A stretch of 64,000 bases of DNA from the NCBI GenBank assembly GCA_002633005.1, contig NMRA01000492.1, positions 62,001 through 126,000 on the forward strand. Reading direction: 5' to 3'. Under the pieces are notes generated by a model. That model had not been told where the DNA came from. It saw only the letters and a list, made by a program, of their open reading frames with translations, and did not search any database. A program made the translations under genes and the position numbers. Source of the stretch: Phoronis australis (taxonomy: Eukaryota > Animalia > Phoronida). This document shows positions 1-12,159 of the stretch, piece after piece (positions within the stretch are counted from its first letter, which is position 1; every line of letters starts with the position of its first letter).

Positions 1-401
1 CAAGAGGTCGCTACGATGTACCGGAGTAGGGACCCGACAACCAATTGTCATTTTTATTCTTATGTCGAGACATGTTTAACTTTAAAATTGCACAATGAAC
101 AGTGAATTGACAGAAACAGCACTGACAATGACGAGAGTGTGCGAAATGGCGAGAAGCACTGAGTACGGTTTTAGCCCGGCAGCCGCCGCGTGACCGCCAA
201 GTGGGGGCAGGCGTCGAATCTCGGCGGGCAAACTTTGCAACTGCGTGCGCGAAGGCGGGCTATTTGCATCTTAACATTACGCCTTATTTTCGGGAGACTC
301 CCTGTGAAGGTAATTTTTCGTTTATTAAGCATTACCAGTTCAGTTGGGAGTGCATGTTATTAGCCTATTGACAAAGCTGGAGATCGTCACGTGATATTTA
401 T

Positions 402-536
402 GGGGAGCGTTCAGTGACTAACTGGCGGTGATAAATTCATCCAAAATCACATGGTCTCGTCGAAAACACTGACGTCGCTGGATAACGTGCAAAATCTTGC
501 TTTTTAGCAAGACACTAGGGTTACTGAACGCTCCCC
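402..536. mobile_element. ~135-bp MITE; related copies near 36232-36371 and 44965-45118
   Basis: Inverted termini GGGGAGCGTTCAGTGAC / GTTACTGAACGCTCCCC. The GCGTTCAGTAAC end motif and internal text recur at the other two sites. Confidence 0.6.
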
Positions 537-790
537 AAAATTATCGTCTGCGTCTCAACGGACATTGTCGGACAATCCGGAACGAGTAAGTCCGTCGGCG
601 TCATGAAACAAAACACTCCAGCGAAGAATTCTCACAAATGTACGTGTCTCGCAAATCGTGACAAATCCGGCTTTTCGACGGACAATATCAGTATCCTGGC
701 TAATACCCAGGCGGGAAGAACTCCACCCACACTCGCGTAACGTGGGGAGATAAATTTAGGACTATTCAGTGAGCAAATTTAGTTCGGACC

Positions 791-977
791 AAGCTATTCG
801 CATTGCGCTTACGTAATCGGACCAACTTCGGTACGCGCCCGGTCTTCGAGAGTACTAAATGTAGTGCCGCACCAAATCTGGACAGTTCTACATCACCTTT
901 CGCATTGGAACTAACATTCTTGTGGTCGAAAAAGAATGTTAGTTCGCCGTACTAACTCCGTAATGCGAAAGGCCCTA
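791..977. mobile_element. Probable short MITE
   Basis: Imperfect inverted repeats GCTATTCGCATTGCG / CGTAATGCGAAAGGC, with an inner pair AACTAACATTCTT / AAGAATGTTAGTT. Confidence 0.4.
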
Positions 978-1034
978 TTGTTACAAAAGGCGGAGAATTA
1001 CGCAAAAATGACTTTTAATAGATTGTTTTTCCCT

Positions 1035-1396
1035 TAAATGGTTGTAACGGGCAAAGGTGGGTGTCGGTTGAATTCCAGATTTTGCATACACTTCGCCGGT
1101 CATTAGCTCTATACGTTGATATAAGTTTCACGATGAGGTGACGAGTAAGACTACCCGGGTTATGTGAAATTTCGGAGTCTGTCGGAGCTCAACACACAGT
1201 ACGTGTTACCTGGCTGAATTTTGCTAGCTGGCTGGTTAGATTCCACTGTGTGTTGAGGATCCATTAGACCCCGAAATTTCACACAGCTCGGGTAGTTCTG
1301 CTCGTCACCTCGTCGTGAAACTTTTATCGACACGTAGAGCTAACATGCGAAATCTGTTAGTCAACAGACGCTAACCTTGCCAGTTACAGCCGTTTA
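1035..1396. mobile_element. Foldback / long-TIR MITE
   Basis: Arms ~1035-1200 and ~1245-1396 are imperfect reverse complements, e.g. TTTCACGATGAGGTGACGAG vs CTCGTCACCTCGTCGTGAAA and CTCAACACACAGT vs ACTGTGTGTTGAG. Spacer ~45 bp. Confidence 0.75.
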
Positions 1397-2350
1397 CACA
1401 ACTGATTAACTCCATTCTGGCATTCATGATTGGAGGGCCAGCTCTCCTTTGTTCGATAATTGCTCTAATCTTCAATGAGATCGTATCTAGTTTGACTGGG
1501 CTGAACTGTTAAAAATAAAGTTATGTTGTAACATATTTGAACATAAACCAATAGCATTTCTGAAATCCTCGTCAAATGGTGATCATGTTTAGTTTTTGAA
1601 TCGCCAAAATCACCCAACTGCCACCAAAGTTACGATAATCTATTCTTTCCGAATGTACCAATTCACTCTGGGTTTAACGGTGTTCACACATGGTCTGTAA
1701 TAAACCTGGTAGTAGCATCTAGCTCTGCTTAGTGCTCTGCTTCCAGCTTCTGCCGCTGTTCCGACTGTCAGTACATAATTTCTCCCACAAAAAGACTCGT
1801 GCACTGCCTCCACGCGGCAACACATGGACTGGGTTTACTCAGACTAAACTGTGCGGGATCGGGTTGGGGAAGGGGGTTTTCTTCTGTCTTTAGCAGCCGC
1901 TGTTGTTTCGAACGATATGAGATACCGAAAACCTTGTTGGGAGCATTCTCTGTTCTCGGGTGATTGATCTTTGGCTCTAGAGTGGGAGGCCTCTCTAACC
2001 CAATCATCCCCCTTTGGGGCGCCTGGTCAGGAGTATCTTGACTTTGACCTCTTCGGGTCCGATTGATACCCCTTGTCTCCGGTCAGGTGACACGGGAACC
2101 CTTGAGAACTAATACCCTGGTTCTTGAGTCTTAAGCCAGTTGCGGCTGGTGGTAAACAATACAAAACTTTGCGTATCAAGTAATCTTGGGCAAACAGCGG
2201 TGCACGGAGTAGCGCCTGCTGTTCTAGGGGACAAGCCTCCGCACGGTTAGCCCTGGGAGGTTGCGAGGTTCTGGCACTTGGAGGTAGACATACCGAACCT
2301 GGGAAGTCCATTTGCAGCAGAAGCCCTTTCGCTGGGGGTCATATGCTCGC

Positions 2351-3819
2351 ATGGAGGAACCAGGGGAGGGAGCTGTTGAAACCAGTGTCAGACCCTATAG
2401 GTTTGCGGATGCAGGAAAGCCTTTGACTGGGCTTTGTTGCCACCCTATGGATAGGGTGAATGCGAATGAAGACCTGAATCATAACCTATACTCGCTATAT
2501 GGACCCACAGCGAAAACCAATAACCCATCCTGGTCAGGGTTCAAGTGACCAGCGCACAGGGCAGTCGAATGTGGTCTTTGCGGGCACGAACATCTACCTC
2601 AAAGACTCCTTACTAGGAGTTTCTGCAGGGCAAGTGGAAGCACCCCGACTGTGGACGCTTGCTCTGGGAAATCACTGGACTCTTCTGTGAGAGTGCAAAG
2701 TGAGATTACCAAGCTTGTGAAAGCAGCTATGGTGGTTGCTGACGCAAACCCCAAACCTGCCCCGGACACTCCTCATGGAGCGAATGGTGACGGAAAGATT
2801 TAAACTGGGCCTGATGGCAGCTCCCACCGTCTCTCTGCTGCTGCTGCTAGGCGGAAGACAAAGCGGGCTCACCAGAAGGCTCAGAAGAAGCTTGAAAATC
2901 TAGAAATCGATGTTCAGCAGGGTGTTAAGCACCCTAAGTCTGACAGCTCGACTCCTGGGTCCTCCTCAAAACCACACCAAAGTGGTTAAAGTAGATAAAT
3001 TCCCTTATGCTACCGTGGCTAAGAAAGATTTTAGTGTCTTTGTGGCTGCAAAGGCTGGTGAGCCACCACTAAATGAGGACGAGGCAAAGCGTCTGAAGAG
3101 CCGACTACAGATGGCATTTGTCAAGCCTCAGAGACCCCGTGTCCCACTTAATATTAAGTCAATGAGACTTGAAAAGGGCAAACTGGCGATAGCTTGTGAC
3201 AACTCAGCTACCCTTGACTTGGTCAAACTTGAGTGTAAGGAACTTACTCCTGATGGTCCTGACTATCACAGGTCAGGTTACCACGTGATGGGTCCAGGCG
3301 ATATACCTCCTGTGTTCAAGGCCTTCTGTCATGTGTCAGAGGAAGTTGCCTCTAATAAGGATGAGTTCTTGTTGGTCCTTAAGGAGTGCAACGATGACCT
3401 GGATATGACAAAGGTTCATATGGTGTCAATGACTGCCATCAAACCAACGTCAAAATATCTCTCTAAGGGATTTACCATTGTCCTAGCCTTCGAAAAGTCC
3501 TCTTGGCAGGTTCTCCGGTGATGGATTTTTGTCCCTGGTGCGGCTTTGCTGGGAGTGTGCTTTTTAAAGCTAGGGGCAAAAGCAGTAAGGGGCCAAAGCT
3601 TCTGTCCAGGCCTTAGAAGGGATGTCAACCTCGGACATGGAAACTGACTGTGCGGCCACCACAAAGTCAGTGAAAATGGACGTGGGTGATGAAACGACTG
3701 AGGTAGGGAATGTTGCTGAGGCTTCTGAACCTGTACCATCCAATGACAGATTTTCTCTGGCTCCTTCCCCACTCACGAGTGATGTGGAGTCTGGACAGAC
3801 AGTCACTGGTATATTCTAA
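2351..3819 (+). pseudogene. LINE ORF1 (gag-like), frameshifted
   Basis: Fragmented plus-strand ORFs directly upstream of ORF2. The 203-aa piece (2910-3521) has a basic region and a PYATVAKK motif of the SYAxVA type seen in LINE ORF1. Start uncertain. Confidence 0.6.
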
Positions 3820-3829
3820 ACATGATGAA

Positions 3830-6785
3830 ATGAATCATGAGGTTAAAATGTGGCAGATAAATCTGCACCGGGCCAACAACCCATCAGTGCTTCTGCAACA
3901 GACGCTTGAGCGCAATACCCTATTCATGGCCTTCGTACAAGAGCCGTGCTGTCGGGTAAGCGCGATGACGAACACTCCCAAGAATGTCAAATTTTATATT
4001 GCTTCACTGGGTAACAACATCAAGCCCAGGGCTGCGATTCTGGTATCCAAGGACATAACCTCAAGAATCCTTCCTGAGTTTTGTGACAGGGACAATGTGG
4101 CAGTGTCCTGTGATACACTAAGACCAAACAGTCTAATATGCACAGTATGGTGGGTCTCAGCTTATATGCCAAGGGACTCCGCCGAGAACCCACCCCCACC
4201 TAAACTGCAACAAATCACCAATCACTGCAGAGCCAAAAATATCCCTTTGGTTATCTGTTGTGATGCACTTCTAGAGTTCTACAACTTTTAATATGCAACA
4301 AGGGCCATGAGTCCACATTTGTTGTCAGAAACCGGCAGGAGGTTATAGACCTTACTCTGGTTAATTTGCCTGCTGTTGATGTGGTAACTAATTGGAGAGT
4401 GAATTCTGCACCTTCTTTATCTGACCACAGATACATCAGGTTTGAAGTGGCGACTTCCGTTGTTCCACTATTTACTGAGTATAGGAATACCAATAAGGTG
4501 AATTGGGAACTCTATCGTTCAAAGGTTTCCAAACTCCTTTCTATTCTAGAAACAGCAAATATCAGGACTCGTTCTGATGTTAACAAATTGGCAGATGACA
4601 TTAACAATGCCCTGACCAAGTCACTAGATATTTCCTGCCCCAAACGCTGTATTAAGGTCACTGGGAAACCAAAGAACTGGCAGCACTTCGGGGTAAGGCA
4701 CGTAAAGCTCACAAAGCGGCAATTCGGACTGACACTGACGAGTCCTGGGATGTATATCATCTTGCCTGTCGTATGTTTAAGTCTGCCACACGCAAAGAAA
4801 AGCGCAATTCCTGAGGGGAATTTCTGTCAGCAAACTAACAGCCTCTCTGCATCTGCAAGGCTGGTGCAATTGCTTAAGAAGAACCACTCCTCCAGACTCG
4901 AGGTCATTCAAAAAGAGGATGGCTCATACACGCGCTCCGCCGAGGAAACACGCGAAGTCATGATGGGTAAGCACTATGCTGATAGTGTAAACCTGTCAAA
5001 CCAAGGTTCAGAAGTGACGGACTCCGAGGAGTGTGAACCATTAGCTTATGCTGATGTTGAAAACATTGCCACACCACGTCTCGTGAAGTTAGCTCTAAAG
5101 TCTTTTAAACCATGGAAGTTCCCAGGACTAGATACGATATATCCTATGATGCTGCAAGAGGCTGGGATACCACTATTCCAAATACTCACAGCAACTTACA
5201 AAGCCAGTCTTAGACTAGGTTACATCCCCAAGACTTGGACTGAAGCTTGAGTAGTCTTCATTCCTAAACCAGGGAAGAACTCATACCTTTTGGCTGAATC
5301 ATTTAGGCCTATAACCTTAACGTCCTTCCTTCTCAAAGGACTGGAAAGGCTCATTCTGTGGCATCTTGATAAACAAGGAATACAGAACAAACTTCAGAAC
5401 AACCAGTATGCTCATAGGCCTGGATTCTCTACGGAGATTGCTCTGCATAATCTGGTTGCTAGATTGGAAAGGGATGTTTTTGATAAACAATTTGCCCTCT
5501 GTGCCTTCATTGACCTTGTTGGTGTTTTCAGCAATATTAAGCATGATGCGATCCGAATTGCACTAAACCACTTTAAAGTGAATAGGTGTCTTACCAGGTG
5601 GATCATTAACATGCTTGGAAGTCAATCTGTGACTGCTTGTCTAGACGATGTGAGAGTGGTGGTTCGCATCACCAGAGGAATACCTCAGGGTAGCCCTGCC
5701 TCAGCCACCCTCTTTAACATGGTTACAGATGGTTTGCTTCGACAATTATCTACTGACATGGGTCCAAGCTTGTATGTTCAAGCCTATGCAGATGATATTG
5801 TTCTCAGTGTGTCTAGTATTGATCCTGACACATGTCGCTATCTTGCCCAAACAGCACTGAATACAACAGCCACATGGGCTAAGTCAGTCGGCTTAGAAAT
5901 TACTGGTAGCAAAACAAAGGTGATTATGTTCACTTGGAAGCTTAAATGGTCAATACGGCCTTTAACGTTGAATGGTAAACATCTTGATCTTGTAGACAAG
6001 GCGATTTTCCTAGGTGTCATTTAACACCATCGTCTTTCCTGGAGCCCGCATATTAAACAAAAAATCTCAAACGCCAAGTCTGCATTGGTGAGATGCATTC
6101 GTGCGGTGGGTAAAACTTGGGGAATGTCTCCCAAGAATATGTTCTGGATTTATGCTGCTGTTATCCGACCTATAATGTCCTATGCTGCGTCGGTATGGGT
6201 AACAGCATTAAAACAGATTACAATTATCAACAAACTTAGGCAGCTTCAACGTCTAGCTTGTCTGTGCATAACCTCTGCTTTTCCAGGAACACTTTCTGCA
6301 GCCCTAGAAATGCTAATCGGTCTACCACCACTTTACGTATACCTTGAGGGTGAAGCTGCATGTGCTGCACTTCGTCTCGGATATAATGGTCAGTGGGTGA
6401 AAACTAACATCCCTGACTCCGTTGCACACGGAAGCCACAGGAATGTTTGCAATAAGCTAATGGGCAAGACCGGGCCACTATGGAACATGCCTAGTGATGT
6501 CCAAATCACAGCTTTAAATCATACAAACAATTTCTTCACGGAAATTGGTGATGAATGGCCTACCGCAGAACACAAAAATGAGGTGGTTTGTTATACGGAC
6601 GGCTCTAAATTGGAAAATGGCCAGACAGGTGCTGGAGTCTACTTTCCAAGCCTTCCTGTTGCAAATGCAGAAAACTGGGTATCGCCAGGCAATCTTGCCA
6701 CGGTGTTTTAGGCTGAGATCACTGCAATTAATAGAGCTGCTCAACTGGCACAACAATATAACACTGAGTTTGGCAATCGGCCAAT
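3830..6785 (+). pseudogene. LINE ORF2, 5' part: APE endonuclease, reverse transcriptase, first half of RNase H
   Basis: Begins MNHEVKMWQINLHRA at ATG 3830; YADD at ~5785. In-frame stops at 5248, 6022 and 6709, plus frameshift/deletion near 4265 and 4700-4810. Confidence 0.9.
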
Positions 6786-8904
6786 GGGGCTATTCGGAAA
6801 ATTTACATTAACTAGAGGGCGTGCGTGTACTAGTGGTGATGGATTAACAGCCTCGATTTCGCGAGCCCTTTAAATACATGGTGAAATGGCTTGTAGGCGT
6901 GCCATCTGAATCTGAGATGGCGTGAAAAGGGTGCTTCTATGAGAGAAAGTAAGCACGACCTTATAGAAAGGTAAGGTTTGTGATTATTTTAACGATTATT
7001 CCATGTTTATTCTACTGATGCCTGTTAACTGAGATATTCGCCGATGTCGACTTCGCGGCAGTCGCCAGTCGGGTTAATCTTTGTTTGTTTTGATGCGACT
7101 TACGATACTTGACGTAGCACTCGGGATCTTTTCGTACATCAAAGCAGTATTATTGTTTGGAAGGTTTTCTAACAGGTTTATCAGTGGCAGTTACATCAAT
7201 GAATGCTGAATGTTTAACTCGATATTGGTTAGTGAGATTACAATCCAAGGCCAATGCCATGACAAAGGGTACGTAAATATCCATCAGACTATTTGTTTAC
7301 TCCCTATCCTATGTCTTCCGGATTATTACACGTTGAAATGAAAATATATCATGTCTGTTTTCACGTGACCTCTGGTTTTTAGGTTTGAGGGCTTGTACCG
7401 TGTAGAGGAGATATGCATCGCTTCTGCATCGTCCCTGAATGGACAAACATTGGTTTTAAGCAGTTGACTGCAGCTAACCAGCAAGATCTTCCCATCCATT
7501 GTAGATCTGTTGTTAAACCTACGACAACGAACAAGCTTTGTAACTCCTTTCTCATCCCACAGCATTTCCACACACCATTAGTGCTGCATGGCACAATGTA
7601 CATGTCAGTGGCCCTGGTGAAATGTGAATCGCAGTACGAAGTTACCATAAGACAACGTGTTGTTTGTGTATGAAATGGACCTATATCTGATTGCTACACA
7701 AGTCAGCCTCGTTGGTGATAATGCCCTTTCATAGGCAATAAGTCATGTGTGGACAATAGCTTATTTCCTTTCCTGGAAGAAAGATGCTGGATTGAAGCTA
7801 AAGAAGACGTAGTGACACTCTGGTCTAGCTCAGGGTCAGATTTTGGGCACAAAACAAGTCAAGGGATATGCTCTTGTGTTTACCTTCAAGGATCTAACTG
7901 AGGCTGAATGACGTTACCTGGAGGAAAGCCACGTGCCGAAACAGGACCTTTTTTGCAAGCGCTTCTATAGGCTATTGAAACTAGATCTCTGTGAAATGAA
8001 AACCAAAAGCATCTGGTATATACCTATCCTTTCTCTCTGAGTGACATTAACTTTTCCTTTTAGAAGAAAGGCTTTATACTAGTGGTAAAAACTTTTCAAT
8101 TTGGTACACATTATGGGGAAATGACATTCAGTGACTGCATCGATTGTCTTATTGTCAGTAGAAAGCCCGTTAATATTACACTTTGATGATCGAATAAATT
8201 TTTCATCAACAGGTAAGTTTGTCACTAATTATTTAAACCACAATATTTTCTCAGTTTTAAAGCCCCATACGGTGAAGTTGTGCTTATTCTTGATGAAGCT
8301 GAAATGATTAGCGAGTACCCTTGCGAATTGTCGTTTCCCTGTTGACCTCTAGAAATGTGCAGCGACCAAAATGAAGTATTGCCTTTGTTTGCATTTGATT
8401 TGTTTGTGTGTGTAATTATTTTTAGAGCTTTCTTAAGAAGGCCTTTGAACAATTTTAAGTTTCATGTTAACATGTCCACAACAAAAGTTCCACATGCAAG
8501 AAAAGTATATAAAGAAACATTGTTAAAAACAATTGTAATTTTCCCACGCACTTGATTCCATAATCAGGCATATCAAGGGCTGAATTTCTGAATTAGGTTC
8601 AATTCTCTCAGGTTATTGCTGAAGGATTGCTTTTCACTTTGTCCAAAGGTAAAATAGACGGTCGTTTTCTCTCAGCTGTAACAGAATAGTCAGAGAAATA
8701 TTAGCAAATTATAAAAGAAAACACAAGACAAAACTACTTTTGCAAGGCAGAACATACTTGACGTTTCATCTTCATGTTTATATGTAGAAACTAATAATCT
8801 TTGTACCCAAGTCTTATTTAAGATCTGAATTAAACTATGTGAAACAGGATAACAGTGATTTAATAATGTATATTTCTCACGACACCTAGAATGTGCATCT
8901 GACC

Positions 8905-9902
8905 CGTAGGCGGATTTAGGGGGGGCAGGGCCCCCCCCTTGGCTGCCACAAAAAATAATGAAAACAGCAAGAGCGTAGGGAAATGTTGAGTTTATTAATT
9001 AACCCCGGTAATTAAAAGCATACGGATGAAACAAGATTTAAATGTGTGCAGTTTCAGTGTTTGGGGGGGCTGAGATTCAATTTCAAGTGTTAAATTCGGA
9101 ACACGGCGCATTCGTAACGGAACTATGGCTAAGTATAGGCTCTCCCGTGATATCCCAGGCGACCGGCAGTGGCGCTGCGCACTACGACTCCGTTTCCGTC
9201 GTCTGCTCCACTGTGCAATGAAGAAAATTTACTTCATTTTTTAAAGAAAATGGAACCTGATCCACGATGAAAAAACAGAAGCTGCTGGTAAGATGTGAAT
9301 TTTAATCGAAGCCTGAGTGAATTACTCAGAAACTCATAATTTTCTCTTTCCCAAACCTTAACTCAAGACGATTTCCAAAGCAATCCCGTTATTATTGCCA
9401 ACACGAAAAAACAGATTTGGTCTTTTGGGCATTTGAAAACTATTTTAAACACAACAAATTTGTTAAGAACCGATTGCACAAAATATAAAACGTGTAATAA
9501 GCATTACAAAAAGAAGTGGGTTTCGCGCGCAAACGCTGTGGACCATAAACAAGAAGGTGTCTTATCTTGTATCTAGTAGCTATGTCGTGGCGGTGTAGTG
9601 GTAAAGCACGCGCGCTCTAACCGCTAGGTCGTGAGTTCAAGTCTCTGAAAATTGTAGTGTTTCCTGTTTGACACGTTCTCCGATTTTTTGCTTTTTTTTC
9701 TTGGATAACAATTCAGGAATTAAGGAAAATGCTTGATTTTTAGAGGAAAAAAACAGAAAATTTTCCTGTGCGGGTGGGGAGCTCCTCTCCCAACCTCCCC
9801 CTATTCGGTGCTATGCGCATCTACAATCGTGGTTTGCGCAAATGCTTACAGCCGGACAAAATGTTGGGCCCCCCCTCTTGTGATATCCTAGATCCGCCAC
9901 TG
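8905..9902 (+). mobile_element. MITE, 5-bp-TSD family (long copy)
   Basis: TIRs CGTAGGCGGATTTAGG / CCTAGATCCGCCACTG; flanks TGACC / TGACT. Highly similar to 10713-11223 but with ~470 extra bp (~9310-9780). Confidence 0.75.
9584..9645 (+). pseudogene. tRNA-derived sequence (SINE head or tRNA pseudogene)
   Basis: A-box-like TGGCGGTGTAGTGG and B-box GAGTTCAAGTC at tRNA-like spacing. Anticodon and acceptor stems do not pair fully. Confidence 0.55.
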
Positions 9903-10193
9903 TGACTTCAACAAGTAAAATTCATTCTAGGTGTCAATTTTTATTCCAATGCAATTTTATGACGTTTACGGAATACATGTAGCTTATTCATGTTNTCCCC
10001 CTATTCGGTGCTATGCGCATCTACAATCGTGGTTTGCGCAAATGCTTACAGCCGGACAAAATGTTGGGCCCCCCTCTTGTGATATCCTAGATCCGCCACT
10101 GTGACTTCAACAAGTAAAATTCATTCTAGGTGTCAATTTTTATTCCAATGCAATTTTATGACGTTTACTGAATACATGTAGCTTATTCATGTT
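9796..10193. repeat. ~198-bp near-identical tandem duplication across a single N (9995); probable assembly artefact
   Basis: 9796-9994 is repeated at 9996-10193 with about two differences. Confidence 0.8.
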
Positions 10194-10544
10194 AATTCGG
10201 TAACTAATCTGGTAGTCCTGGGAGTGGGGTCCGCTATAAAACAAAGAAACTCACTCGTCTAAAGAATTTTATTGGACATAGCATACCTTTGAAGAGAAAC
10301 TGCTGTGAAAAAGTCACCCTTGACTTCTGAGCGTCACGTACCATACACCTCTTATATTGGGCGCATTCCCACCCCTGGAGGACAATTTGTGTATATGTGC
10401 TGCTAGCCTACCCGGCATCCGAGTTCTGGGTGAGTTTCCGAAATGAAACACTTAGTTCCATTCAATAAACCTGATATTCAGTGGGGTAATTGGTGGAGAT
10501 AACATCACCGAACGATGTCGATAGAAACTTGATTGCTAAAAACT

Positions 10545-10712
10545 TACCAAGTAACGTTATGTAGTCTCCCAAAGGGGCTTTGGCATCCACACACTTTATG
10601 TCAGTTGGTTGACCCATTTGACCGCAATTCTCCACGAATGTAGTAACCTTAGGTCTTTTGGTACTTTGTGACCACCTGTCGAAGACTTGCACCAGGGAAA
10701 ATAGCAATGATA
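10545..10712 (-). pseudogene. THAP zinc-finger relic (transposase N-terminus)
   Basis: YHCYFPWCKSSTGGHKVPKDLRLLHSWRIAVK..*..WMP follows the THAP pattern C-x-x-P-x-C...FPKD...W...W-x-P, then DYITLLG and a GTAAGT donor. The 5' end is cut by a MITE. Confidence 0.6.
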
Positions 10713-11223
10713 CATAGGCGGATTTAGGGGGGCCCAGGGGGACCGCCCCCCCCCCCTTGGCTGCCGCAAAAAAATAAAACAGCAAGAGCGTAGGGTAATT
10801 AACATTATACGACGGAAACAAGATTGAAATGTGTGCAGTTTTAGTGTGTTTGGGGGGGGCTCAGATCCAATTTCAAGTGTCAAATTCGGAATACGGCTCA
10901 ATCGTAACGGAACTGTGGCTAAGTATAGGCTCTCCCGCGATATCCCAGGCGATCGGCAGTGGCGCTGCGCACTACGACTCAGTTTCCGTCGTCTGCTTCA
11001 CTGTGCAATGAAGAAAATTACTTCATTTTTTAAAGAAAATGGAATCTGAGTGACGATGAAAAAACAGAAGCTGCTGGTAAGATGTGAATTTTAATCGCAA
11101 ACCCCCCTCCGGACCTCCCCCCCATTGGGTGCTTTGCGCATCTACATGTACAATCGTGCTTTGCGCAAATGTTTACAGACAAAATGTTGGGCCCCTCCTT
11201 GTGATATCCTAGATCCATCACTG
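10713..11223 (+). mobile_element. MITE, 5-bp-TSD family (short copy)
   Basis: TIRs CATAGGCGGATTTAGG / CCTAGATCCATCACTG; same internal sequence as 8905-9902. Flanks TGATA / TAACA are degenerate. Confidence 0.75.
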
Positions 11224-11366
11224 TAACAAGGCTTTGCGCGACGACGTATTTTTATAACAATCCATCTTTTTACCAGCTGTTTACATGCAGACAGCGACGC
11301 ATGCGCAATTCAATCACCACTAGCACAGCAGCGACACCGCGAGGAGAATTCTCCGAATAGCCCCAT

Positions 11367-11913
11367 TACCATCTTTTCAGATACCCAGGCAGCAATAAAG
11401 GCCCTTAAGAAACTAAGGGCCAACTCTCGTTGTGTTAATGATTGTATTAATGCGCTTAACAAACTTCCAATTGAAAGAACCGTCAATATACAGTGGGTCA
11501 GGGCCCATGTGGGAATTGGTGGCAATGAGAATGCAGACAGACTCGCAAAGATAGGAGCAAGCGTTCTGCATTTTGTGCCTGAACCTGCTATCCCGGTATC
11601 TTACGGATGTTGCAGGATGAGTATACGCAACTGGGTACATACCCAGTCAGCATCCCAGTGGGCATCACTTAACTCCTGCAGAGAGACCAAGGAGAATTTT
11701 CCCAAAGTGATCAAACCAAAAGGTTCAAAAAACCTTCTGAGTCTAGTTAGATTGGGTATAAGACACGTTATTCAAATTTTGACGGACCACTGCAACCTAG
11801 CCCGACACAGACACATTACTGGGCATATGGGGAGCCCTGTTTGTACCGAGTGTGGTACTGACGTAAAATCTCCTAAACACCTGGTAAAGTCTTGCCCACC
11901 TTTTATAGGCTAA
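11367..11913 (+). pseudogene. LINE ORF2, 3' part: second half of RNase H and CCHC knuckle
   Basis: TIFSDTQAAIKAL...QWVRAHVGIGGNENADRLAK...LTDHCNLARH...CTECGTDVKSPKHLVKSCP. Confidence 0.9.
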
Positions 11914-12159
11914 GGAGCAGCCTACTGGATGGCACTGTTACATGACTACAACATATAGTGCATGGCAACAAATGGAAACGTCTGTCCGTTTTCCTAAAGG
12001 AGACTGGCAGACTAGAAAACTTTCTTCACGAGGAGCCATAATTGGGCTCTCGTGCTTTTGCTCAGACGTCTTGTGCAATGGACCCAACCATGAGGCCTGC
12101 GCGCGTCTGATGCACCGCAAATGACAACAGACCACCTGCACTGTTTTTTTTAAACTTGG

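Larger units (their letters stand above)
6786..11364 (-). mobile_element. ISL2EU-like (PHIS group) DNA transposon, non-autonomous/decayed
   Basis: TIRs GGGGCTATTCGGAAAATT / AATTCTCCGAATAGCCCC (17 of 18 match), AT on both flanks (6784-6785, 11365-11366). Removal restores the RNase H frame. Contains a THAP-like relic. Confidence 0.8.
2000..12140 (+). mobile_element. Decayed non-LTR retrotransposon, R1/LOA-like (ORF1 + APE-RT-RNase H-CCHC ORF2), interrupted at 6786-11364
   Basis: Domains in the expected order: APE (QINLH, VQEP, SAYMP, SDHRYI), RT (FRPITLTS, GIPQGS, YADD), RNase H (YTDGSK, SDTQAA, WVRAHVGIGGNENADRLAK), terminal CxxC..H..C. Both ends are approximate and no TSD was found. Confidence 0.88.

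Noticed and set aside
7000-8600. YqaJ exonuclease or DDE domain expected in an ISL2EU element
   Set aside because: Some coding-like fragments and splice-like sites are present, but I could not read any diagnostic motif, so it is not called.
9584-9645. Functional amber-suppressor tRNA
   Set aside because: The anticodon stem pairs only 3 of 5, no acceptor stem closes, and it sits inside a MITE.
10462-10570. Minus-strand STSFGDVISTN resembles a channel pore motif (TxGYGD) and could be the missing exon
   Set aside because: It lies inside the ISL2EU-like element just after the THAP relic's GTAAGT donor, lacks the G-Y/F-G filter and a following S6 helix, and has no fitting acceptor.
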